DNA from: Calditrichales bacterium | GTDB lineage: Bacteria > Calditrichota > Calditrichia > Calditrichales > J004 | Assembly (NCBI GenBank): GCA_965267575.1 | Contig: OZ254086.1 | Coordinates: forward strand, 2,560,001 to 2,624,000 | DNA: 64,000 nt | Reading direction: 5' to 3' | Shown: positions 29,114-37,997 of the stretch, piece after piece | Layout: each line of letters opens with the position of its first letter | Position numbering within the stretch: position 1 is the first letter of the stretch | Notes under the pieces: model-generated | Databases searched by the model: none | Seen by the model: only the letters and a program-made list of their open reading frames with translations | What the model was told of the DNA's origin: nothing | Position numbers and translations under genes: made by a program

Positions 29114-29144
29114 AAAGCGGACCGGGAACGGTTCGCTTTTTTTT
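29114..29144 (+). terminator. Intrinsic terminator of unit 4
   Basis: AAAGCGGACCG-GGAA-CGGTTCGCTTT followed by a T tract. Confidence 0.85.
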
Positions 29145-29247
29145 GGCTGAAATCAGCCGCTTAAATGGCCGAAATCAACCACTCGTAAGATGCAGAAAAC
29201 GTAAGTTCAATAAAAACAATACTTAAAGTTTTGGCATATTGTTTGCC
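29145..29247 (+). promoter_or_regulatory. Sigma-54 promoter module 5
   Basis: GGCTGAAATCAGCC 29145, GGCCGAAATCAACC 29167, TAAGTTCAATAAAAACAA 29202, TGGCATATTGTTTGC 29232 (GG-N10-GC). Confidence 0.82.
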
Positions 29248-29299
29248 AATTATAAACTATAAGAAATCAAAAATAAATAATTCATACAAGGAGGTTAAT

Positions 29300-30427
29300 A
29301 TGTTTAAGAGAATTAGTGTGCTTCTGATCGGACTAATGTTTGTGGCAGCTTGCCAGCAATCGCCGGTTGATATGCCCGCAAATTCCAATAAAATGGACCA
29401 GGCGCCGCAAACACTGCAAACGGACATCGGTAAAGTAAAGCTGGTAAAACATGAGCTTTACAAAATGAAAGCATTGTATAAGGGCGAGCTTGCCGATACC
29501 TTTTTCTTTAATGAAAAATACATCGAAGAAGACAAGAAAAAGAAAATTGAGATTGGCGACGGCGACTATGGCAAAAGCTTTGTTGAGTTTAGAAAATGGG
29601 CGCTCTCGGAATCGAGGGTTATGCAATTTGGCTATGCCGCGGATTCCACGGTGCGCTGCTGGGTAGGTGCTGCGGACATGGCCGACGGCACCCGTCTGAA
29701 CCGCAAATTCAAGCTGCGCATTTCTTTCAAGTCAGCTAATCTTGAAGGCATCAACTTAAACGATCTGCGCGTTTTCCGCTATGATCCGGTGGCGGACATC
29801 TGGATTCTCGTTGGCGGTCATGCACATAAAAAGAAGCAATATATTACGGTTAACAGCAGGTATACGGGTTATTACCTGATCGCAGATTGCCAGGGCAATA
29901 CCATCGGCCATGAGGACCGTCTGGCAGGCAGCGGCGCCGAGCTGGAAGACCAGGATTTAATACCGGTAAACCTGAATCAGATTTCATATAAAGAATCCTT
30001 TGTAAGTACATTCAACTATATCACTTTTGATAAAGGCGGTGACCTTAAGATTCACTACAAGGCCGAAGACGGTTCCGGTATTGAGTGCAAGGCAGAACTT
30101 AAGATAGACAAAGAGACGATCAGCATTGACTCCGAGCTGGAGATGAATATAGACAAGAACGCCCTGATCGGTAACGTAGACGTCACCTTCCATCCGCACG
30201 GCACCACTTTCAGCAGTCCGGCCCTGTTAACTGTCGAAGCCAGGAATATTGATCTTTCCGGTTGGGATCTGGAGCGCATCGCGCTTTACTATGATAACCC
30301 GGAAACTGGCGAATGGGAAAAGATGAACGTGAAAGAAGTTAAGATAAAGCCGGATGAGGGGTATGTAAAAATTGTAGAAGCGGAGCTACCGCACTTTTCA
30401 CGCTACGCAATGGCTTACGGCTGGTAA
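29300..30427 (+). CDS. Tandem ZU5-like lipoprotein ending HFS-RYAMAYGW
   Basis: AAGGAGG RBS, lipobox VAAC; FHPHGTTFSSPALL; C-terminus LPHFSRYAMAYGW. Confidence 0.8.
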   Translation: MFKRISVLLIGLMFVAACQQSPVDMPANSNKMDQAPQTLQTDIGKVKLVKHELYKMKALYKGELADTFFFNEKYIEEDKKKKIEIGDGDYGKSFVEFRKWALSESRVMQFGYAADSTVRCWVGAADMADGTRLNRKFKLRISFKSANLEGINLNDLRVFRYDPVADIWILVGGHAHKKKQYITVNSRYTGYYLIADCQGNTIGHEDRLAGSGAELEDQDLIPVNLNQISYKESFVSTFNYITFDKGGDLKIHYKAEDGSGIECKAELKIDKETISIDSELEMNIDKNALIGNVDVTFHPHGTTFSSPALLTVEARNIDLSGWDLERIALYYDNPETGEWEKMNVKEVKIKPDEGYVKIVEAELPHFSRYAMAYGW

Positions 30428-30452
30428 GTTTCACAAAAGAAATATAACTATG

Positions 30453-30484
30453 AAAAACGCGGTCACCGGACCGCGTTTTTTTTT
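30453..30484 (+). terminator. Intrinsic terminator of unit 5
   Basis: AAAAACGCGGTC-ACCG-GACCGCGTTTTT followed by a T tract. Confidence 0.85.
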
Positions 30485-30568
30485 GTTCAAAAATCAGCAG
30501 CCTTAAAAAAATACTTCAGGATTGAAATCAGCATGACGAAATAACAAAAACGGCAAAGAGGAAAAAGA

Positions 30569-32959
30569 ATGACGAGCAACCAGCTTCCGTTAGTAGTATA
30601 CTTCAAGCGCCCCAAAGAAGAAAAGCTTCTCGAAGAGTATCTGGAAGAGGCCATTCAGGGAAGGGGTGCGTTTGTCGTAGTAAACGGCGAAGCCCGCAGC
30701 GGAAAAAACAGTTTTGTAAACCATGTCCTGTCATCAGCGCTTAAAGAACGTGCTTCCCGTTATCACGTCTACTTTAACGATGACAACCAGTTTGATCCTT
30801 ACCGGCCGTTCTGGCAAATGGTTGAAAGGATTTCTTCGGGCAGCAGCGATTTTCAGCGCGTCCATAAAAGCCTTAAAACATTTTTCAATGATAGTGAAAA
30901 CGGTAGCGCTGATTTTTCCAGTGAATCGCGTTACGCTCTGCAAAAAGAGCACAGCCTGATACAGCAGCAACTGGCGCAGCTGTTATGGGAGACCGCAAAG
31001 ATCCGTCCGCTCGTCATTGAGCTGCACGACTGTTTTAACGCCTCTCTTTCAGCCTGGCGATTTATTCATTACCTCTGCGAAAAAATTGCGGATCAACGCG
31101 TATTGATGGTTGCGACGCTGAGGCAGGATGGCAAGGAAGTTCGCCATGATAAGGTGCCGCTTTACACAGATGTTCTTCAGCGCATGAATCGCGAAGGCAT
31201 CTATCAGAAAATCCAGCTTTCGCCGTTCAGCTATGAAGAATTCCGCCGCGGCATCTACGAGAACCTGAAGGCAACGGACTTTAGCAGCGGCTTTTTACCG
31301 ATGTTTTTTGAGCTTTCCGGCGGCATGCCCGGAACGATTTACCGTTACCTGAAGCTGTTTATTCAACAGAACTATATCTATTGTAAAAACGGCGTGTGGT
31401 TCAATAAAGAGGGCATATCGAGTGATGAAGTCATCAGCGATGTTACACGCGACGACGAGGTGGATTCTGCCGCCAAAGTGCTGGACAGGCTTAATGAGCG
31501 ACAGCGTAAACTGATCAAATATGCTGCTTTTCTGCCCACCAAATTCAGTCCGGCCATTTGCGCAATCGTAACAGGCGAAAAACGACTTCAGCTTATTAAA
31601 AATTTAACCGAACTCGAAAAAAATAAACTGCTGCGCAGTACGGAACAGGGCAGCTATTACTTCCGGAGCCCGGAGTTGCGGGTTTCGCTGGTAAACCTTT
31701 TAGATGACAGGGAACGCTCGGAAGTACATGAAACAATTGCCCGTCGCCTGGAAGCGGACAGCAGCACAGCAGCCGGCGTTTACATGCTGGCTTACCATTA
31801 CCGCCATGCCGGGAACCGTGACAAGGGTCTTCATTACGCGTTAAAGGCAGGCCATCTGGCCATGCGCCATTTTGCTTTCCACGAAGCCCGGGAGTTTTTT
31901 GAGCAGGTGTACAATGAGCAAAAGGATATCGCCGTTTGCGATGCGATGGAGCTTACATCGAGCCTGGCCTGGCTTAACCGCGTGCTGGGCGAATACGAAT
32001 CGAGTGTTGCCTATTACAAAAAAGCACTGGCCCTGCTTGATGCGGACAATAACCAAAACCGGCGTCGCGAATCCCTGCTAATTGAATTGAGTTTTACCTA
32101 TTTCCGGCTAAATGACTGGGAGAAAGCGCGCGGCTATCTCAACCAGTGCCTGCAGCGTCTGGACGTATTGACGCCGTTTGAACGCTCCCTCGTATTTTCG
32201 GGTTTAGGTAACATCGATTTTGAACTGGGCGCTTATAAAGAAGCCGGATTCAATTATACCCGCGCGTTGGATTTCGCCACGGAAGCAGGAGCGGAAAATC
32301 TGCAGGCGCTGATCCGCAATAATATGGGCGCGCTGGAAAACGTGTCCGGCAATCCGCTAAAAGCAATTAATCTGTACAGCAAAGCCATCCCCTATTTTGA
32401 AAAGCACCAGGATAACAACGGACTGGCGCGCATTAATCATAATATTGGTATGTCTTACGCCGACGTGGGGCAGTGGGCCCGGGCCAATGAGTTTTATGGC
32501 AAAAGCCTGAGCTTCAGCGATAAGATCGGTATAAAGCACCAGAAAGCGATTACGTTTCTAAACCGTGCCCTTGCCCTCGTTCATATGGATGATATGAGCG
32601 GCGCCCGCGAATACAACTTTAAAGCCCAGCGCTTGTTGGAAACCATGCACGACAGGCTTGGTCTGGCCGAATACCACAAAATTCAGGGCATCATAGAAAA
32701 AAGCGAAGGTGAAGACGAAAAAGCGGCACAGTCTTTCCGCGAAGCGCTGGCTCTTTTTAAATCCAATAACAACAAACTCGGCTACGCGGAAACGCTGTGG
32801 GAGCAGGCTCTCTTTCTGGCTGAAAAAGATCCGCCGGAAGCCGTGCAAGGCCTGCGTCGCGCAGCCGAAACATTCAAAGAGCTGGGCTTAACGCAAAAAC
32901 TTGAATACGTAAATAAGCTATTGTTGCGCCTAAAAGATGCGCCTGTTACCAGCGGTTGA
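30569..32959 (+). CDS. AAA_16/STAND-like ATPase (degenerate) with C-terminal TPR repeats and no effector domain
   Basis: Walker A-like GEARSGKN, atypical Walker B IELHDC, SGGMP; TPRs such as NNMGALENVSGNPLKAINLYSKA. Confidence 0.8.
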   Translation: MTSNQLPLVVYFKRPKEEKLLEEYLEEAIQGRGAFVVVNGEARSGKNSFVNHVLSSALKERASRYHVYFNDDNQFDPYRPFWQMVERISSGSSDFQRVHKSLKTFFNDSENGSADFSSESRYALQKEHSLIQQQLAQLLWETAKIRPLVIELHDCFNASLSAWRFIHYLCEKIADQRVLMVATLRQDGKEVRHDKVPLYTDVLQRMNREGIYQKIQLSPFSYEEFRRGIYENLKATDFSSGFLPMFFELSGGMPGTIYRYLKLFIQQNYIYCKNGVWFNKEGISSDEVISDVTRDDEVDSAAKVLDRLNERQRKLIKYAAFLPTKFSPAICAIVTGEKRLQLIKNLTELEKNKLLRSTEQGSYYFRSPELRVSLVNLLDDRERSEVHETIARRLEADSSTAAGVYMLAYHYRHAGNRDKGLHYALKAGHLAMRHFAFHEAREFFEQVYNEQKDIAVCDAMELTSSLAWLNRVLGEYESSVAYYKKALALLDADNNQNRRRESLLIELSFTYFRLNDWEKARGYLNQCLQRLDVLTPFERSLVFSGLGNIDFELGAYKEAGFNYTRALDFATEAGAENLQALIRNNMGALENVSGNPLKAINLYSKAIPYFEKHQDNNGLARINHNIGMSYADVGQWARANEFYGKSLSFSDKIGIKHQKAITFLNRALALVHMDDMSGAREYNFKAQRLLETMHDRLGLAEYHKIQGIIEKSEGEDEKAAQSFREALALFKSNNNKLGYAETLWEQALFLAEKDPPEAVQGLRRAAETFKELGLTQKLEYVNKLLLRLKDAPVTSG

Positions 32960-32979
32960 GATTTGTCTAAGGACCTTTG

Positions 32980-35900
32980 ATGGAGAAGATAAAGCATTAC
33001 AAAATCATTGAAAAAGTAGGCAGCGGCGGTCTGGGTATCGTGTATAAAGCCTTTGATACGATCCTGGAACGCGAAGTTGCTATTAAGGTGCTCCATCCCC
33101 AGATATCGGACAACAAGCAAAACGCGGAACGCCTTATGCGTGAAGCGCGCGCTTCGGCCAAGCTGGTAGATCCCCATGTTGTAACCATTTACGAAGTTGG
33201 CAGCGATATACAGGGCCGTTACATTGCCATGGAACTGGTTAACGGCGTTCCGCTTACCGATGTCATTTATCGTGAAGGCCCGTTGGAACCGCAGCGTGCC
33301 ATCCAAATAATACTGCAAATCCTTAAGGCGCTTAACAGGGCGCATAAATTGGGCATTTTCCATCGCGATATTAAACCCGATAACGTTCTGATCGGGGCAG
33401 AGGATCACGCCAAGGTGCTTGATTTCGGAATAGCCAAGATGCTGGCTAAGTCCGGCATAACCAGCAACGGTGAAGTTATTGGCACGGTTGAGTTTATGGC
33501 GCCGGAGCAGATGCTGGGTGATGGCGTGGACCAGCGCATAGACATTTATGCCGCCGGTACCGTTCTTTACCAGATGCTCACCAAACAGTTGCCTTTTACC
33601 GGCGAAACACCAGTAGAACTGCTCTTTAAAAAATTGAATGAAGAAGCCGTTGCCCCGTCTTACTACAACAGTAAGGTGGATGACGAGCTGGATCGTATTG
33701 TATTGAAAGCAATCCACGGCGACAAAGAACAGCGCTTTGCCAATCCCGAAGAATTTCTGAAAGCGCTAAACGGCTTTGTTACAAAAAAGCTGGCTCTTAA
33801 CAACGTTTCTTCGTGGGACAGCGAGGAAATCATCGAGCAGGCAGATGAGCCGCAGCACCGCCGCGACAAATATCTGCGCAAAGTTTTTGTGGGCCGCGAA
33901 AAAGAGCTAAAGCAGCTTGTACGTTCCTTCCAGGAAGTATGCAGGCGCATGGGGCAGTCGGTTATCGTTTCCGGTGAAGCCGGTGTGGGCAAAAGCCGCC
34001 TGGCCAACCAGCTGCGCAGCTACGTGGAATACCAGAACGCCTGGGTTTTATATGGAACCTGTCTTTATCAGGAAGGCATGGATGCCTATTTACCTTTTGT
34101 CGATGCCATCCGCGATTTCTTCAGCGCTGAAAATACCCGTATCAGCGAAAAAGACCGTCTTGAGCTGAAAGACCTGATACGCGAAAAAGTACCTGAACTT
34201 TCGCAATTCACGGAACGCTTTACGACAGTTATTTTCCAGAACAATACCGGCGCCGACGGAGAGAAATCCGAAACCTCCATCAACATGATGGAAAGCATTT
34301 CCACGCTGATCACGCTTATGAGCGAAGTAAGGCCGATTGTTTTGATCATTGATGATATTCAGTGGGCGGACACATCATCGCTAAAACTTTTTCACTACAT
34401 GGCGCGGCAGATTCTCAGGCACCGCGTAATGCTATACGGTATCAGCCGTACAGACCGCTATGATCTGCAGGAAGACGGCAAGCCCAAAATGATCGTCGAT
34501 ATTATCTCGCGTATGCGCCGTGAAGAGCTGATCAAGGAAATCAACCTCAGTCGCCTCACCAGGGAAAAAAGCGACGCCCTCGTCGATAAATCATTGGGCA
34601 ATACCGCCTTTTCAGAAGAGTTCTATGAAGGCGTATTTGTTGAAACAAAAGGCAATCCGTTCTTTGTGCTGGAAACAATCAAACTGTACAAGGAAAACGG
34701 CCTTATTGAAAATAAGGACGGCATCTGGATTGACCATAAGATCGATTTTAAGGTCAAGATTCCCAACCGCGTAGAAGATATTTTTATCAGGCGTCTGAGT
34801 ACGTTGAGCGAAGAGGAACGCGAGACACTGCAGGTGGCCAGTGTAATGGGCTACAAATATGATCCTTCCGTTTTGGCGGCTGTATTGGAGATACCCAAAA
34901 TTCAGTTGCTGAAAACGCTGACTAAAATGGCGAATGAACTGCAGATCATCTCTTCAACCGATAAATATTTCCAGTTTGAACACCCCATGCTTGGCGACCT
35001 GTTGTATAACGAAATTCCCGTTGCTTTGCGCAAAGAGTATCACCTGATGATCGTGGAGGAAATGGAAAAGCGTCATGGCAATAACTTTGGCGCTTTTGTG
35101 GGCGAGGCGGCCCAGCACTACCGCCGGGGCGATAACCATGAAAAAGCCATTGCACTTTTGTATAAAGCGGGCAAACGCGCTTTTGATATGGGGGCCTACC
35201 GCGAAGCAGGCGTTTTTCTGGAAGATCTGCTGGATTCTTTAGCGAATTGCGATAATGATGTGGAAACCGAATTCAGTGATACGGAGCTGTACATGAAGCT
35301 GGGCGTCTGCTACGAGGAAGTGGGTCGGCTGAATGACAGTGTCGAGACATATAAAAAACTGTCCGAGCTGCACAAAGAAAGAGATGATCATAAAAATCAT
35401 GCCGAATCGCTCATGCGCATGGGACGCATATACGATAAACTGGGCGACTGGGAATCAGCCCTTCAGGCCTATGATCAGTGCCTGGAAATAGCGCAGGAGC
35501 ATCAGATATCCAACCTGTATTCCAGGGTGTACAATAAGCTTGGCGTGTTTTACTTCCACAAAGGTGATTACGACAAAGCACTTGAATACCTGCGCAAAAC
35601 GATCAATTCCGCCAATAACGAATTTGGTGAGCTGGATAAAGCCCATGCCTATTCGAATATAGGCGTGATTGCAAATATCCTGCGCGGATCGCATTCGGTG
35701 GCGCTGGAGAATTTTAACCGCGCCATCGAGATTTATCAAACCCACAACCGTAAATCGGATCTGGCGGCTGTGTACGTGAACATCGGGCTGATCTATTCCA
35801 ATTCCGGCAACTGGATCGAATCGATCAAGGCGTTTGAGAACTGCCTGAAGCTGACCGACGAAGGGGAATCCAAACATCTTCGCGCGCTGACTTTTCTCAA

Positions 35901-36300
35901 TATGGGTAAAGCCTATGCCCGCTACAAAAAACTGGACAAAGCCAAAAGCTTCACCGAAAAAGCGCTCAAGACTTTCAAACGCATGTCTGATCTGATCAGT
36001 ATTGCCGAAGCCTACCAGGTTTACGGGATAATCTACAAAGAGGAAAATGACTTTACGCAGGCGCAAAAATATCTTCTGGATGCCATGCGCATTTTCAAAA
36101 GCAAGGACTTTAAGGAAGGTCTGGCAGAAGCCTACAACATTTACGCAGATCTGTGCCGCGATAACGGTTATTACGAGGAAGCCGGCGAAAATTACAAAAA
36201 CGCTCTTGAGCTGTTCGGCGAGCTGAATGTTGATACCAAGGTGAAAGAGCTCGAAAAAACAATCGAAGATCTGGAAAAACAACACGTTATAGAAGCGTAA
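32980..36300 (+). CDS. Hanks-type Ser/Thr kinase with AAA/STAND ATPase and TPR repeats
   Basis: VGSGGLG, VAIK, HRDIKPDN, DFG, APE; FVGREKE, GEAGVGKS, IIDDIQWAD, TKGNPFF; long C-terminal TPR array. Confidence 0.9.
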   Translation: MEKIKHYKIIEKVGSGGLGIVYKAFDTILEREVAIKVLHPQISDNKQNAERLMREARASAKLVDPHVVTIYEVGSDIQGRYIAMELVNGVPLTDVIYREGPLEPQRAIQIILQILKALNRAHKLGIFHRDIKPDNVLIGAEDHAKVLDFGIAKMLAKSGITSNGEVIGTVEFMAPEQMLGDGVDQRIDIYAAGTVLYQMLTKQLPFTGETPVELLFKKLNEEAVAPSYYNSKVDDELDRIVLKAIHGDKEQRFANPEEFLKALNGFVTKKLALNNVSSWDSEEIIEQADEPQHRRDKYLRKVFVGREKELKQLVRSFQEVCRRMGQSVIVSGEAGVGKSRLANQLRSYVEYQNAWVLYGTCLYQEGMDAYLPFVDAIRDFFSAENTRISEKDRLELKDLIREKVPELSQFTERFTTVIFQNNTGADGEKSETSINMMESISTLITLMSEVRPIVLIIDDIQWADTSSLKLFHYMARQILRHRVMLYGISRTDRYDLQEDGKPKMIVDIISRMRREELIKEINLSRLTREKSDALVDKSLGNTAFSEEFYEGVFVETKGNPFFVLETIKLYKENGLIENKDGIWIDHKIDFKVKIPNRVEDIFIRRLSTLSEEERETLQVASVMGYKYDPSVLAAVLEIPKIQLLKTLTKMANELQIISSTDKYFQFEHPMLGDLLYNEIPVALRKEYHLMIVEEMEKRHGNNFGAFVGEAAQHYRRGDNHEKAIALLYKAGKRAFDMGAYREAGVFLEDLLDSLANCDNDVETEFSDTELYMKLGVCYEEVGRLNDSVETYKKLSELHKERDDHKNHAESLMRMGRIYDKLGDWESALQAYDQCLEIAQEHQISNLYSRVYNKLGVFYFHKGDYDKALEYLRKTINSANNEFGELDKAHAYSNIGVIANILRGSHSVALENFNRAIEIYQTHNRKSDLAAVYVNIGLIYSNSGNWIESIKAFENCLKLTDEGESKHLRALTFLNMGKAYARYKKLDKAKSFTEKALKTFKRMSDLISIAEAYQVYGIIYKEENDFTQAQKYLLDAMRIFKSKDFKEGLAEAYNIYADLCRDNGYYEEAGENYKNALELFGELNVDTKVKELEKTIEDLEKQHVIEA

Positions 36301-36308
36301 GGGAAAAG

Positions 36309-37286
36309 ATGCCTGAAACAGGACAAAGCCTGGAACTGGAAAACAAGATGCTTCTGGCCGAGCTGGAAATGGCCTATAAGAATATGGAGTCCATACTGGA
36401 GCAGGCCAATAAGGAAAAGGAAATCACTTACCGCGAATTACAGCACCGCTACAACACGCTTCAAAGTCTTTATGAAGAGCTTTCCAATAAAGAGAATATG
36501 CTGGTGCATATGGAGAAGCTTTCCTCCATCGGGCAGTTTATTACCGAGATTATTCATGAGCTTAACAACCCGCTGATGGTGATAGCCGGGGTAACGGATC
36601 TGGTCCTGATGGGCGAAGAGCTGCCGGAAAAAACACGCGAACGCATATCGCGCATACCGCAGCAGGTCGACCGCATGAAAAGTTATCTCAACCGCTTCAG
36701 GAATATGGTGTATAAAAGCGATGAGGACTTCGAAGTATTCGATCTGAACCACAATCTTAATGACTTTATCACCACCATAGAAATCATCAAACCCAAAAAT
36801 ATTCGTATTGAAAACGATCTGTCGGCGGATCTGCTTTATGTCCACGGCGACGCCTACCAGCTTTTCCAGATTTATCTGAACCTGGCAAAAAACGCGTTTG
36901 ACGCGATGCAGGATAAGGGAACCTGTTTAAAGATTTCCAGCCTACGCGCCGATCGTTATTACCTGCAGAATTCGGAACTTGCCACGGCCGTGCACAGCGA
37001 GGGCGACGAGAGCTGGGAGCAATTTGTGGAGAGCGCCGAAAGTTTTGTTGTTGTTACTCTGGAAGATGACGGTCCTGGTATGGACACCGAAACGCTGGCC
37101 CGCATTTTTGACGCCTTCTTTACAACCAAAGGACGCGGCAGCGGTACGGGTTTGGGCTTGTCAATAGCCCGGGATATTTGCCAGCGCCACAAAGGAGAAC
37201 TGGCCGTGACCTCGCAACCGGATGTGGGGACGCGTTTTTTCATAGTACTGCCGCTTACAACGAGCAGGCCCGAAACGATTTATTAA
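36309..37286 (+). CDS. Cytoplasmic histidine kinase without a sensor domain
   Basis: Coiled-coil N-terminus; H box IIHELNNPL; NLAKNAFDA, DDGPG, FDAFFTTK, GTGLGL. Confidence 0.9.
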   Translation: MPETGQSLELENKMLLAELEMAYKNMESILEQANKEKEITYRELQHRYNTLQSLYEELSNKENMLVHMEKLSSIGQFITEIIHELNNPLMVIAGVTDLVLMGEELPEKTRERISRIPQQVDRMKSYLNRFRNMVYKSDEDFEVFDLNHNLNDFITTIEIIKPKNIRIENDLSADLLYVHGDAYQLFQIYLNLAKNAFDAMQDKGTCLKISSLRADRYYLQNSELATAVHSEGDESWEQFVESAESFVVVTLEDDGPGMDTETLARIFDAFFTTKGRGSGTGLGLSIARDICQRHKGELAVTSQPDVGTRFFIVLPLTTSRPETIY

Positions 37287-37295
37287 AGGAGAATC

Positions 37296-37586
37296 ATGCA
37301 TCATTGCAGCAAGTGTTCTTCATTGCTTTATCCCGACGACAAGTTTTGCGGGCAATGCGGAACCGCCATTGTCAACGATGAGAACAACGCTAAAAAGCTG
37401 ATGACCCAAATGGAGCTGAAGATAGAAGACGTGCGCAGCAACCTTGGTGTTGTCTATTTCAAGATGGGCCGTTTTGATGAGGCTGTCTCCTGCTTCGAGA
37501 AGATACTGAAGGAGGATCCGGATAACCTGAGCGCGCGGACCATGCTTGAAATGATCAAAGAAGAACGCACAAAAGTCGACGCCTGA
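37296..37586 (+). CDS. Zinc-ribbon plus single TPR protein
   Basis: CSKC..FCGQCG; NLGVVYFKMGRFDEAVSCFEKILKEDPDN. Confidence 0.8.
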   Translation: MHHCSKCSSLLYPDDKFCGQCGTAIVNDENNAKKLMTQMELKIEDVRSNLGVVYFKMGRFDEAVSCFEKILKEDPDNLSARTMLEMIKEERTKVDA

Positions 37587-37975
37587 TGAAAAATGTCTGT
37601 AAAAAATGCGCTGCTGAAAACCGCCCGGAAAACCGCTTTTGTACACAGTGCGGCGAGGCGCTTCCGCTTAAAGCGGAGAGAGGTCCCAGGTTGATGATGC
37701 TATCGGCGGACGGCAACAGCCAGATTATTTTTCCGCTGGCGGAAGGCAAGAGCTACATCGGGCGGGATATTCAAAACACGATTGTTATTGATGATACGCA
37801 GATAAGCAAACGACACGCCTGTGTGGATGTCTCGCAGGGAAAGGTCTTTGTTCAGGATATGGACAGCCGAAACGGCATTTACCTCAATGGCAAAAAAGTA
37901 CAGCGGAAAACCGCTTTGGAAGAAGGCAGCCTGCTCAAACTTGGCTCGACCATTCTCCGCTACGAAAACAACTGA
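37586..37975 (+). CDS. Zinc-ribbon plus FHA domain protein
   Basis: CKKC..FCTQCG; IGR, ISKRHA, DMDSRNGIYLNG. Confidence 0.88.
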   Translation: MKNVCKKCAAENRPENRFCTQCGEALPLKAERGPRLMMLSADGNSQIIFPLAEGKSYIGRDIQNTIVIDDTQISKRHACVDVSQGKVFVQDMDSRNGIYLNGKKVQRKTALEEGSLLKLGSTILRYENN

Positions 37976-37997
37976 ATCTAAAAATAAGGATTCTATC

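Noticed and set aside
23859..30427. Recurring CAYTTYTCNCGNTAY nucleotide motif as a CRISPR, DGR or recombination-cassette repeat
   Set aside because: Copies vary at synonymous positions, lie in frame at gene ends and are irregularly spaced; no cas, reverse transcriptase or recombinase gene is nearby, so conservation is at protein level
23295..30427. AYGW/GTEY tails as BAM beta-signals or as PEP-CTERM/T9SS sorting tags
   Set aside because: The proteins are short lipoproteins, not barrels, and have no TM/basic tail or CTD; the tails also occur on 44-aa peptides. A novel sorting role is not fully excluded
30569..36300. AAA-TPR proteins as Avs-type anti-phage defence
   Set aside because: There is no nuclease, TIR, SIR2 or similar toxic effector, and the context (HK, FHA, Opp, bEBP) points to signalling; not formally excluded
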